Of a DNA stretch of 64,000 nt, positions 56,375-64,000 are shown one piece after another. This DNA comes from an uncultured Candidatus Poseidoniales archaeon (GTDB lineage: Archaea > Thermoplasmatota > Poseidoniia > Poseidoniales > Thalassarchaeaceae), in NCBI GenBank assembly GCA_902573015.1, contig CACGIE010000002.1, positions 7,660-71,659 of the forward strand, read 5' to 3'. The position numbers and the translations under genes are program-made. Each line of letters opens with the position of its first letter. Position 1 is the stretch's first letter. Below the pieces are notes generated by a model, which saw only the letters and a program-made list of their open reading frames with translations, ran no database searches and was not told the DNA's origin.

Positions 56375-57468
56375 AGGAATCCACCGGCAATTCCCAGATC
56401 CGCGACGACCAGCATTGCCACCGCCTCGACAACAGGTGCTGCTCTAGGGCCTATCACCGGATCGTGCCTTCCGCCGACCTTCAGTGACTGTTTCTTGTTA
56501 CTAGGGAGATGTAGTGTGAATTGCTCTCTGGGTAGGCTGCTTGGTGGTTTGAAATGCACCAATACCCGTAATGGGGCCCCCGTCGATCTGCCTCCAAGGG
56601 CTCCGTCCGCATCTCCAGTCTTGGCTCCTTCCAACTCGGGAACATCATCACCTGGTACCCACATGTCATTATTCTCTGAGCCCCTCATCCTTGATGCCTC
56701 GGTCCCATTAGAGAACTCTATTGCCCTAGCTCCAGGAATTGCCATGAGTGCTCTCGCAAGAGACGGCTCCAGTCCATCGAACCATGGTTCTCCGACACCA
56801 ATGGGGAGTCCGAGAATCAATAACTCTACCACCGAGCCAATTGAGTCCTTCTCTCTTCGGATTTTTCTTATCGATTCCCCCATTATTACTGCTGCATCGG
56901 GATCTCTGCAGTTTAACCTAGACATCTCCGTTCCCTCTTCAAGAGCCTGCGAAGTATCTAGATGAATCAGTGGCCTGGCGGAGATGTCACCCACTCTGCT
57001 TAGATGGGCGTGACATGTCCACCCTGCTTCATCTAGCATCTTCCTGACCTGGCTTCCTGCTGCCACTAATCCAAGAGTTAGCCTAGCAGACTGCGACCCC
57101 CCTCCTCGGGGATCGTTGGATCCACTGGATCTGATTTCCTCAACCATGTCAGCATGACCTGGACGTGGATGATCGGGTAGGAAACTATAGTCAGATGACC
57201 GCGCATCTGAGTTTCGAGCAATCATTAGTAATGGCCAACCTGTTGCCTTACCCTCATGCACTCCTGACAGAATCTCGCATTCGTCAGTCTCCAATCTGGC
57301 TGACATTCCTCTTCTTCCGGGTTTTCTTAGAGATAAGTCGTTCACAAGAGCATCCAAGTCAATTTCTGTCCCTGGAGGAATTCCCTCGAATAGCGCGCCT
57401 ACACACTTCCCGTGGCTTTCCCCGAATAGCGTGACTTTCAGATGCTCTCCAAGTCCCATGCCCATCAT
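56371..57468 (-). CDS. aroC: chorismate synthase
   Basis: N-terminal LKVTLFGESHGKCVGALFEGIPPG and downstream flavin-binding blocks. 365 aa. Confidence 0.9.
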   Translation of the reverse strand: MMGMGLGEHLKVTLFGESHGKCVGALFEGIPPGTEIDLDALVNDLSLRKPGRRGMSARLETDECEILSGVHEGKATGWPLLMIARNSDARSSDYSFLPDHPRPGHADMVEEIRSSGSNDPRGGGSQSARLTLGLVAAGSQVRKMLDEAGWTCHAHLSRVGDISARPLIHLDTSQALEEGTEMSRLNCRDPDAAVIMGESIRKIRREKDSIGSVVELLILGLPIGVGEPWFDGLEPSLARALMAIPGARAIEFSNGTEASRMRGSENNDMWVPGDDVPELEGAKTGDADGALGGRSTGAPLRVLVHFKPPSSLPREQFTLHLPSNKKQSLKVGGRHDPVIGPRAAPVVEAVAMLVVADLGIAGGFL

Positions 57469-58319
57469 TGCACCTCGGAAATCTCATCTTTCAGATAAAT
57501 GCCTGTTGAAATAACCTCGAATCCAGATTCGGAAAATAGCTTTGAAAGAGATTTCGAATCTTCCTGGAAGCATACGATTGCAATTGATGGTCCGGACCCA
57601 CTAATTCCAGCTGCAATGGCTCCTGATGCGATGCTCAAATTGCAAATTCTCAGGGCCTCTTGATCATCAGTTGCTGCAGCAACAGCCATTCCATTCGATG
57701 ACAATGCATCTAGAATTGATCCTCTCATTATGGAAGCCAGTGACCTCTCGAATATCTGCTCCTGATGCGAAAAGGCCTCAGGTGAAATCTCCACTGATCT
57801 TTTTCCCCTTAGTACTACAAGTATCGAAAGCCTAGGATCAATATCCCCTTGGAGGATTATTGACTCAGATGCAGATAGAGTTGGGTCTACTAGTTTCCAG
57901 CCCGGTTCCAACGACGCCCAATTATCGTCCATGCTACCTGTCTTGGCACAATTAGAGATAAGATGCGAGTTAGCCGCGATATCTGCAATCTCAAAGTTAG
58001 AAAGACCGGCCCATGCACATGAGTTGAGAGCCCTGAGAGCTGCACATGACAATGCTGAGCTTGACTTGAGACCCTGTCCAATAGGAATTGAGCTGTCCAC
58101 CTTCCATCCAAATTGATCAGGGATTGGGAGACCCCTATCCCTCCAGCATTTCTCCACTGCAGCGAGAAGTCCGTGCCTGTCATCTTCATTTTCAACCGCT
58201 TCATCTACTATCTGGACCTTGGTTGTTAGTTGGATGCCGATAGAGCAGCCCCTGCCCAATCCCAGAGCGTGTAGGATGGATATGGCCCCGTTCGATTCCC
58301 CTTCCCCTAGAACATTCAC
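57465..58319 (-). CDS. aroK: shikimate kinase, archaeal GHMP-type
   Basis: 284 aa GHMP fold with SNGAISILHALGLGRGCSIGIQL N-terminal block (archaeal SK pattern) and a Gly/Ser-rich ATP loop AAGISGSGPS. Lies between aroC and the DHQ-pathway genes. Confidence 0.65.
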   Translation of the reverse strand: MNVLGEGESNGAISILHALGLGRGCSIGIQLTTKVQIVDEAVENEDDRHGLLAAVEKCWRDRGLPIPDQFGWKVDSSIPIGQGLKSSSALSCAALRALNSCAWAGLSNFEIADIAANSHLISNCAKTGSMDDNWASLEPGWKLVDPTLSASESIILQGDIDPRLSILVVLRGKRSVEISPEAFSHQEQIFERSLASIMRGSILDALSSNGMAVAAATDDQEALRICNLSIASGAIAAGISGSGPSIAIVCFQEDSKSLSKLFSESGFEVISTGIYLKDEISEVQ

Positions 58320-59254
58320 TTCTCTACCATCTCCCCATCAAGTGCGATTCCAATGTGCCTTACTCGATCGTCTGCCAATACCGTTATCTTGTCTCCGGGC
58401 TTTGCATCTGTTACTGAAACGGATGTCCCCTTTGGAGAAACAAATCTAACTGTCTCTGCTTGCTGGACGACTACCTGTCCCTCTTCTCCAGACATATCGA
58501 ATCTGATTACGAGAAGAGGGCGCATTTCGATCTTCAACCTTCCTACAACGGCAGTTTCGATATGTCCGGACGAAGACAGGATTGCTATTTCGTCACCAGT
58601 TTCTAATTCGCTCATGTACTTCGTTCTTCCATCTGCCATTAGGATGTAAGAGTGAATCGCTCCAGCATTTATCCTGAATGGCCTATTGGGGACATATTCT
58701 GAGGAAATAGTTTCACCATGTATCAGACACAATTTTCCAGAAATAGAGCCAGTCGCTGCTCCTTGTCCTTCGTTTATCCTTCTTGTCAGATCTATGCATA
58801 CTCTCTCACCAACTCCAGCACTCTCCATAGATAGGATTCTTGCCTCTGTGAGGTTGATTTGTCTATTCTCGATAGGCTCTTCCTTCGTCCATCTGTCTCC
58901 CAAAAAATTGATCGCGTCGTCCACCATGTCTCCTGGGATCAGGATAGCATCGACACCCCCTCCAAGTGCAAATGCTGCTCCAGAAATCTCTATTTCTCTA
59001 TCAATTGCTGCAGCAATTCTTGTCTGAGTCCCTCTGGAACATGCGATTAGATTCTCCAGGGGTATCATCGTCCAATCCGAGCATCTGACCAATATCCACG
59101 GCACAAGTCCAATGAGAGAAATTGCCTCATCCTGATCAGAGGGAACGTCAATTGAAACTTCTGCCACATCATGAGAAGAACCGGTCCACAAGCGGGAGAT
59201 GAAATTTTGATTCGGGTCCGAGTTCACTTCATTCTCTACCCATATCTGCATCAT
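58316..59254 (-). CDS. 3-dehydroquinate synthase II (archaeal AroB'), tentative
   Basis: Size (about 312 aa) and operon position between the ADH synthase and shikimate kinase. No decisive motif recognised by eye. Confidence 0.5.
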   Translation of the reverse strand: MMQIWVENEVNSDPNQNFISRLWTGSSHDVAEVSIDVPSDQDEAISLIGLVPWILVRCSDWTMIPLENLIACSRGTQTRIAAAIDREIEISGAAFALGGGVDAILIPGDMVDDAINFLGDRWTKEEPIENRQINLTEARILSMESAGVGERVCIDLTRRINEGQGAATGSISGKLCLIHGETISSEYVPNRPFRINAGAIHSYILMADGRTKYMSELETGDEIAILSSSGHIETAVVGRLKIEMRPLLVIRFDMSGEEGQVVVQQAETVRFVSPKGTSVSVTDAKPGDKITVLADDRVRHIGIALDGEMVEK

Positions 59255-59255
59255 C

Positions 59256-60050
59256 TCACCTCAGATGCCTAGAAGCCTCTTCTGCATTGGCTCCGTCATG
59301 AACAATGGCCCTCAATGCTCTGATTCGGGAAGCTGGATGCTCAGAGGAGAATACGTTCCTCCCCATACAAACCCCGGACCCCCCTGCATTGATTGACTTC
59401 TCAACTAATTCCAGAACTTTACCGAAGTCATCGTCCTTGGGACCTCCAGAAACCAGTACTGGAATCGGGACAGAGGAGGTTACTATCTCGAATGACTCCT
59501 CTGATCCAGTCCAAGGAACCTTGACGACGTTGCATCCCAATTCCCAAGCAAGTCTAGCCGCATGAGCGACCCCTGAAGTTGAGTCTGAATCATCCAAGTT
59601 CAGGTTGTCCCCCCTGGGATAGAACATCCCCAATACCGGGATTGATTTCTCATGAGAATCCGTGGTTACCCTAGCCATCCTCTGTATCATCTCCGGCTCT
59701 GCCGGATCACCGAGATTGACTTGTGCCGACATTGCAATTGCCCCCCTATCAAGGCCCTCGGAAGGAGTAGCAACAAGGACCTTGTCTTGAGAACGGTCGC
59801 CTCCATGGATGGTGGACAAGGATGCGTGGCAGACGAAGCGCCCCCATGACGTCCTGGCGAAGTGGTGGGAGATAGGTCCCTTCTGCATTACTATTGCATC
59901 TGCCCCTCCTTCAATGACTGCATCTACAGCTTTATCGGAGTCTAACAAACCCTGTTCCGGGAAGGAAGATGCACTATGGTCCATTGGGACCCAAACCCCT
60001 CTTCCGTTCGGCAGAATCGTTTCCAAGCGGCTTGCAAGGACGTCTGTCAT
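59256..60050 (-). CDS. 2-amino-3,7-dideoxy-D-threo-hept-6-ulosonate synthase (AroA', class I aldolase DhnA family), tentative
   Basis: RGVWVPMDHSASSFPEQGLLD...VIEGGADAIVMQKG matches the DhnA-type aldolase/ADHS core. Operon context argues for the ADHS function over FBP aldolase. Confidence 0.55.
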   Translation of the reverse strand: MTDVLASRLETILPNGRGVWVPMDHSASSFPEQGLLDSDKAVDAVIEGGADAIVMQKGPISHHFARTSWGRFVCHASLSTIHGGDRSQDKVLVATPSEGLDRGAIAMSAQVNLGDPAEPEMIQRMARVTTDSHEKSIPVLGMFYPRGDNLNLDDSDSTSGVAHAARLAWELGCNVVKVPWTGSEESFEIVTSSVPIPVLVSGGPKDDDFGKVLELVEKSINAGGSGVCMGRNVFSSEHPASRIRALRAIVHDGANAEEASRHLR

Positions 60051-60104
60051 GATTTATCGCCTATGTTCCCCTCTCTTGAAGGGTACCATTTGCTTCTTTC
60101 CTAG

Positions 60105-60113
60105 ACAAAAAAC
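60105..60113 (-). terminator. T-rich tract (TTTTTT on the minus strand) 12 nt downstream of the xth stop
   Basis: Archaeal intrinsic terminators are oligo-T runs. This single T6 run sits in the 73-nt gap before the next operon. Confidence 0.3.
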
Positions 60114-60123
60114 AGAATTGGAG

Positions 60124-60906
60124 TCACATCTCCAAGTCCACAATAACAGGGGCATGGTCGGAAACGACAAGTCCGCCCTCCCTCATTATCTCTACAGATT
60201 TCATCAGGGGCCTTGCGGCCTTGTTTGCTAGGATGTAGTCAATCCTCCAACCCCTATCCCTCTCCCTTGCCCGACGGAAGTTAGACCACCAAGAATAGGG
60301 GCCCTTGACCTCTCCCACGTGAATACGTAGGAGGTCCGACCAACCAGATGCAAGCATTCTATCGAACCACTCCCTCTCATGCTCCAAGAAACCAGAGGTG
60401 CGCTTATTTCCGGCTGGATCCCAAATATCATCCTCCGTGTGCGCGATATTCAGATCGCCGCAGAGAAGAGCGGGTTCATCAGAGTCCAGAAATTGCTTAC
60501 TCCAGACTAGCATATCTTCGAGCCACTGATCCTTGTAGTCCTGACGCTCTTGTCTTGCTGAGCCATTTGGAAGATACATGTTGACGCAACTCAGATTACC
60601 ATGTTTCGTTACTAGTACCCTGCCTTCGGGGTCTCTAGTCTCATCAAGATCCGTATCTATGCCCCTCCCAATCTCAACCATCCCGACTCTTGAGCATGAC
60701 ATTACGCCAGAGTAACCCTTCTTCTGGGCCGGATGCCAAATCACCTCGTATCCCTCCGGCTCAGACCAATCCTTGGGCATCTGCTCGGGTAGAGCTCTAA
60801 CTTCTTGGAATAGCATTACGTCGGCATCGATTCTCTCAATGAAATCATCAAGCCCCTTTCTATGGGCTGCTCGGATACCATTCAGATTCCAAGTTACGAC
60901 TCGCAT
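60124..60906 (-). CDS. xth: exodeoxyribonuclease III / AP endonuclease
   Basis: MRVVTWNLNGIRAAHRKG...LFQEV N-terminal motif. Catalytic residues conserved through the C-terminal SDHAPV. Confidence 0.9.
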   Translation of the reverse strand: MRVVTWNLNGIRAAHRKGLDDFIERIDADVMLFQEVRALPEQMPKDWSEPEGYEVIWHPAQKKGYSGVMSCSRVGMVEIGRGIDTDLDETRDPEGRVLVTKHGNLSCVNMYLPNGSARQERQDYKDQWLEDMLVWSKQFLDSDEPALLCGDLNIAHTEDDIWDPAGNKRTSGFLEHEREWFDRMLASGWSDLLRIHVGEVKGPYSWWSNFRRARERDRGWRIDYILANKAARPLMKSVEIMREGGLVVSDHAPVIVDLEM

Positions 60907-60915
60907 GTACGTGCG

Positions 60916-63378
60916 CTACTGCGATAGGTCTTTGACCTTCTCGACTAGATTCATCTTTCTGATCCTCCTCATGCCATATGGGGTCAGGATGACAGAGATG
61001 AACACAACAATCCCAATTAGTTGCATTGCTACTGCCGGATCTGCTGATACGGTCATGTAAAATGACCATTGTACGAAAGACGATACCATTGCTTGAGTTC
61101 CAACCAAAGTGAACGCGAACGCCAAAACACCTCCAATCAGGCCTATTGCCAAGTGCTCGCCGAACATCATCCAGCCAAGTCTGTTCATTGGGGCTCCCAG
61201 AACCCTTAGCGTTGCAATTTCCCTATCTCTTTCTGAGAGGTTGATTATCAGGGTATTGAATAGTACCACTATTGCAATCAGGATTCCGAGAAACAGGATG
61301 GAGCCCAAAAAGCCCTGCTGCTGCTCTAGAACTGACTCGTATGAAGAGATCAGGTCCTCCTTTTCTATTACTACTAGTGAGACGTTACCAAGGTCACTAT
61401 CTGCAACCGCTCCATCTGGAAGGTCTATCAGAACTGCTGTTGCTTCCACCCCCACTATCTCTGCAAGGTCTGATCTGTGGAAGTAGACGGTTCTACTCAT
61501 TTCCCCCTGAGTAATTCCAACAATCTCAACAGGCGCGGGAGTAGACCCGAACATGAGAGTCTGGATTTCTCCTGTCTCCCATCCTAGGAAAAAGTTCAGA
61601 CCTTCGTCAATTAGAATCTGATTTGTCTGAAGACCTGCTTCCGGAAGTTTGCCTTCCTTTAGATCTAGTTGGACTAATGCGCTGCTTTCCGTGGATAAGA
61701 CTTCCATTCCATTGGCCGAAATTACTCGTGAGTCATTGACTGGATTTGCTGGGAAAGTAATGATTCTCTCATGATAGCCACCCTTGTCGTCCACCCATTG
61801 GATTACTTCATCCTCACCTCCGAACAACACATTGGCCTGGATGTCCCAGTTCTGATCATCTTCGACCGATCCCACGGTCATTTCTTCCATTGATGACATC
61901 ATTAGAGTCGTGCTTCCGAACAGCAACATGGAGAGTCCTACTGCTAGGAATGTGAAGGTCAATCTTGCTGGTTTCCTGATGCTCGATCTGATGGTCAAGC
62001 CCGCAGTTGCGGGAAGTCTGGAAGTGATCTTCTGTATCTTCCTGGAGGAAATTCTGATCTCATGCTCTCCCCTCATTACCTCTAGAGGCTGGAGCCTAGA
62101 TGCTTGAATGGCTGGAAGTATTCCCGAGAAAAGTACGACGGCTGTTGTAACCACTACGATCTGCAATACAATTTGTCCGAGTTCCGCTGGTTGGAGAATA
62201 GGTATGCCCATAAAGTCCTCATAAAACGTCAACATGGCGGGTGTGCCCACATAAACACCCAGAATCGCTCCGAGCAAAGATCCAGCGATTCCAATTCCTA
62301 GTGGCATAATGACATAGGATGGCATGATTGCCCATCTTGGGACGCCGAGTGTTCTCAAAATCGCTATCTCCCGTGACTGAGACTGGACTAGTCTCTGAAG
62401 GCTAAGGAATAGGGTGATTCCAGCGATAGCAGCTATCATCCCTGTAATCGGGATGTAAAACAGCATAGCTCCTTCAGCGTCAGCACGTAATATTTCCACT
62501 GAGAAAACTTGTGAGCGGTCGTAAATTAGAGAAGGAGAGTCTACTGAGTTTGAAATCATCTCATCCATTGCTTTAGTGATTAGGGTGAGTTCGGGACCAT
62601 CGTCCTCATCTGTGGACGGGAGATTGTAATCAGGGGTGCCCAAGATATCAATCAGGAGTAGATTCGAAGAGCCGCTGCTCATGTTAGCCAATATCTCCAG
62701 ACCCTCTGATGAGAGGTACCCTGTAGCAAAGTTACCTGGCTCAGCCGGGAATAGATCTCCGTCTTGTGCGTAGTAAAGATGGTTTGAGTGGAGTCCAATC
62801 CCCACGACTGTGAAGTTCATTCTACCGTTTCCCGCACCTATGGTCACGGAATCACCCAAGGATATCTCCATCCCGGTTGCGACGCGGGCATCGATGACTA
62901 TCTCAGATTCCATTGTGGCCAACCTCCCGGAACAGCAATGGTGGCTAGGCATCCATACGCGGTCTACGGACCCCTCATCGATTCCGTGCCAGACGGCTGG
63001 GACGAGTTTCTCTATCTGTTCCCCCGCCTCTGTCGTTTCGTAGAACATTGTACCATCTAGCCTCAATCTGGGCTCGCATTCGTTGAGGACCAAATCGGAT
63101 TCTGGCCAATTATTGGTGATATCCTCGCAAAGAGAGGCTGAGGTTTCTCCGTCCCAAGTGCCACTTGGATTCTCTACCCACAAATCTGGAAGATTAACTG
63201 CGTTCTCGGAGTCCTCGTAGATTTCGTCATACATCCCAGAAACTGTATGTGCATAAGCTGCGAATGATACCCCAGCAAATACTGCCACTACTACCATGGC
63301 TACCACGGCAACGAGTCTAATCTTTGACCTCATCATGCTCCTTGCCAGACGCTTGTTCAGTAGAATGAGCATTGGCAA
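60916..63378 (-). CDS. ABC transporter permease with two FtsX-like domains and large extracytoplasmic domains (MacB/DevC-like)
   Basis: 820 aa. N-terminal TM, a roughly 250-aa periplasmic-type domain, then a 3-TM FtsX block. A second extracytoplasmic domain and a second FtsX block follow. Confidence 0.85.
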   Translation of the reverse strand: MPMLILLNKRLARSMMRSKIRLVAVVAMVVVAVFAGVSFAAYAHTVSGMYDEIYEDSENAVNLPDLWVENPSGTWDGETSASLCEDITNNWPESDLVLNECEPRLRLDGTMFYETTEAGEQIEKLVPAVWHGIDEGSVDRVWMPSHHCCSGRLATMESEIVIDARVATGMEISLGDSVTIGAGNGRMNFTVVGIGLHSNHLYYAQDGDLFPAEPGNFATGYLSSEGLEILANMSSGSSNLLLIDILGTPDYNLPSTDEDDGPELTLITKAMDEMISNSVDSPSLIYDRSQVFSVEILRADAEGAMLFYIPITGMIAAIAGITLFLSLQRLVQSQSREIAILRTLGVPRWAIMPSYVIMPLGIGIAGSLLGAILGVYVGTPAMLTFYEDFMGIPILQPAELGQIVLQIVVVTTAVVLFSGILPAIQASRLQPLEVMRGEHEIRISSRKIQKITSRLPATAGLTIRSSIRKPARLTFTFLAVGLSMLLFGSTTLMMSSMEEMTVGSVEDDQNWDIQANVLFGGEDEVIQWVDDKGGYHERIITFPANPVNDSRVISANGMEVLSTESSALVQLDLKEGKLPEAGLQTNQILIDEGLNFFLGWETGEIQTLMFGSTPAPVEIVGITQGEMSRTVYFHRSDLAEIVGVEATAVLIDLPDGAVADSDLGNVSLVVIEKEDLISSYESVLEQQQGFLGSILFLGILIAIVVLFNTLIINLSERDREIATLRVLGAPMNRLGWMMFGEHLAIGLIGGVLAFAFTLVGTQAMVSSFVQWSFYMTVSADPAVAMQLIGIVVFISVILTPYGMRRIRKMNLVEKVKDLSQ

Positions 63379-63380
63379 AC

Positions 63381-64000
63381 CTATCCTACAATGTGAACTG
63401 GGGTTGATGGGGGGGCATGCCCACCGCCGCTTTCATCGGAGATGATTTTGCCACTATCGATCCTAATGACTCTCGTAGCATATTGAACAAGAGACTCGTC
63501 ATGAGTAACGAAAACACATGTGATTCCCTCCGAGTCGCACGCCTTGACTAGGACTTCCATTACAACAGATGATGTCCATGAGTCTAGATTCCCCGTCAAC
63601 TCGTCTCCGAGAAGAAGCCTTGGCCTCTTTGCTAGGCTTCTAGCAATGGCTACTCTCTGCTGCTGGCCACCACTAATCTCTGCAGGAAAGCGATCGACCT
63701 CGCCTTCTAGTCCTACAAGTGCTAGTAGATTACGAGCCCTATCTTCGTCCCTGCCCCCTGCCAACTCCTGAATTAGCAGCAGATTTTCCAAAACAGTGAG
63801 GTCCTGTAGCAAATTAAAGAATTGGAAAACGTATCCAATGTTCTCTCTTCTGAATGTAGTCATGGCCTCTGATTCGTTCTTTGGGACCTTTTTGCCCGAG
63901 AATTGGTATTCTCCGGATGTTGGGCTGTCCAATGCAGATAAGCAGTTCAGAAGTGTGGTCTTTCCGGAACCAGATGGCCCCAGAAGTATGATTCTTTCAC
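63381..64000 (-). CDS. ABC transporter ATP-binding protein (MacB/LolD-like), N-terminal part; gene start lies beyond window end
   Basis: Frame continues past the track start to the window edge. Revcomp of the last 60 nt encodes ...IILLGPSGSGKTTLLNC (Walker A). ABC signature LSGGQQQRVAIARSL, Walker B LLLGDELTGNLD, H-loop VFVTHD. Confidence 0.85.
   Translation of the reverse strand, partial: ERIILLGPSGSGKTTLLNCLSALDSPTSGEYQFSGKKVPKNESEAMTTFRRENIGYVFQFFNLLQDLTVLENLLLIQELAGGRDEDRARNLLALVGLEGEVDRFPAEISGGQQQRVAIARSLAKRPRLLLGDELTGNLDSWTSSVVMEVLVKACDSEGITCVFVTHDESLVQYATRVIRIDSGKIISDESGGGHAPPSTPVHIVG

Noticed and set aside
56495-56965. 156-aa plus ORF inside aroC
   Set aside because: Antisense to chorismate synthase.
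1-64000. CRISPR arrays, rRNA and tRNA genes
   Set aside because: No direct-repeat/spacer periodicity, no rRNA-like conserved stretches, and no cloverleaf-compatible sequence seen in any intergenic gap. All gaps longer than 80 nt were inspected. The scan was by eye only.

Overview
This 64 kb window reads as a compact, gene-dense archaeal chromosome fragment of roughly 50% GC. It carries about 55 protein-coding genes with 4-nt overlaps, several leaderless-type promoters, and TTG/GTG start codons. I found no rRNA, tRNA or CRISPR array by eye.

The archaeal signature is clear from what the sequence shows directly: a TATA-binding protein, a mevalonate kinase, the archaeal aromatic pathway (ADH synthase, DHQ synthase II, GHMP-type shikimate kinase), RibL, and an HTH_10 (bacterio-opsin activator-type) regulator. 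The window also holds many acidic secreted or lipoprotein genes: two S8 proteases, a BNR/Asp-box sialidase-like lipoprotein, and a giant surface protein. On that basis I infer a euryarchaeal marine heterotroph such as Marine Group II (Poseidoniales). That is an inference, not something I can demonstrate from the sequence alone.

The gene content in order, where one slash separates adjacent genes and a double slash marks a gap:
- SOUL heme-binding protein (edge fragment, not in the supplied ORF track) / Na:solute symporter / endonuclease III / Bcp peroxiredoxin / SepF-like protein / 1154-aa surface protein / TBP / mevalonate kinase.
- HdrD-like membrane Fe-S oxidoreductase / peptidase C26 glutamine amidotransferase / CysS / BNR lipoprotein / IleS / HMA-domain membrane protein / NadE / Nfu / class I glutamine amidotransferase / H+-pyrophosphatase / glutaredoxin.
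- A single 1308-aa ORF fusing a secreted S8 protease to an AmpG-like MFS permease.
- A riboflavin cluster (GHMP kinase, ribB, ribL, bacterial-type ribE, ribH) / GYD protein / TrxB.
- A molybdoenzyme island: MoeB-rhodanese // 170-bp AT-rich iteron-like TGTGGTA repeat array // zinc-ribbon-extended fused E1 alpha/beta oxoacid dehydrogenase / CaCA antiporter / MobA/MocA / PGCG two-repeat permease / XdhC / S8 lipoprotein / HTH_10 regulator / xanthine-dehydrogenase-family S-L-M operon / translationally coupled PGF-CTERM-like surface protein.
- A MoxR-DUF58 module with flanking membrane proteins / the aromatic cluster aroA'-aroB'-aroK-aroC / exonuclease III / a MacB-type ABC permease and ATPase (second edge fragment).

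The most unusual items are the protease-permease fusion, the periodic repeat array sitting in front of the zinc-ribbon-E1 fusion, an insertion in the second repeat of TBP, and the uncharacterised permease embedded among the molybdenum-cofactor genes.
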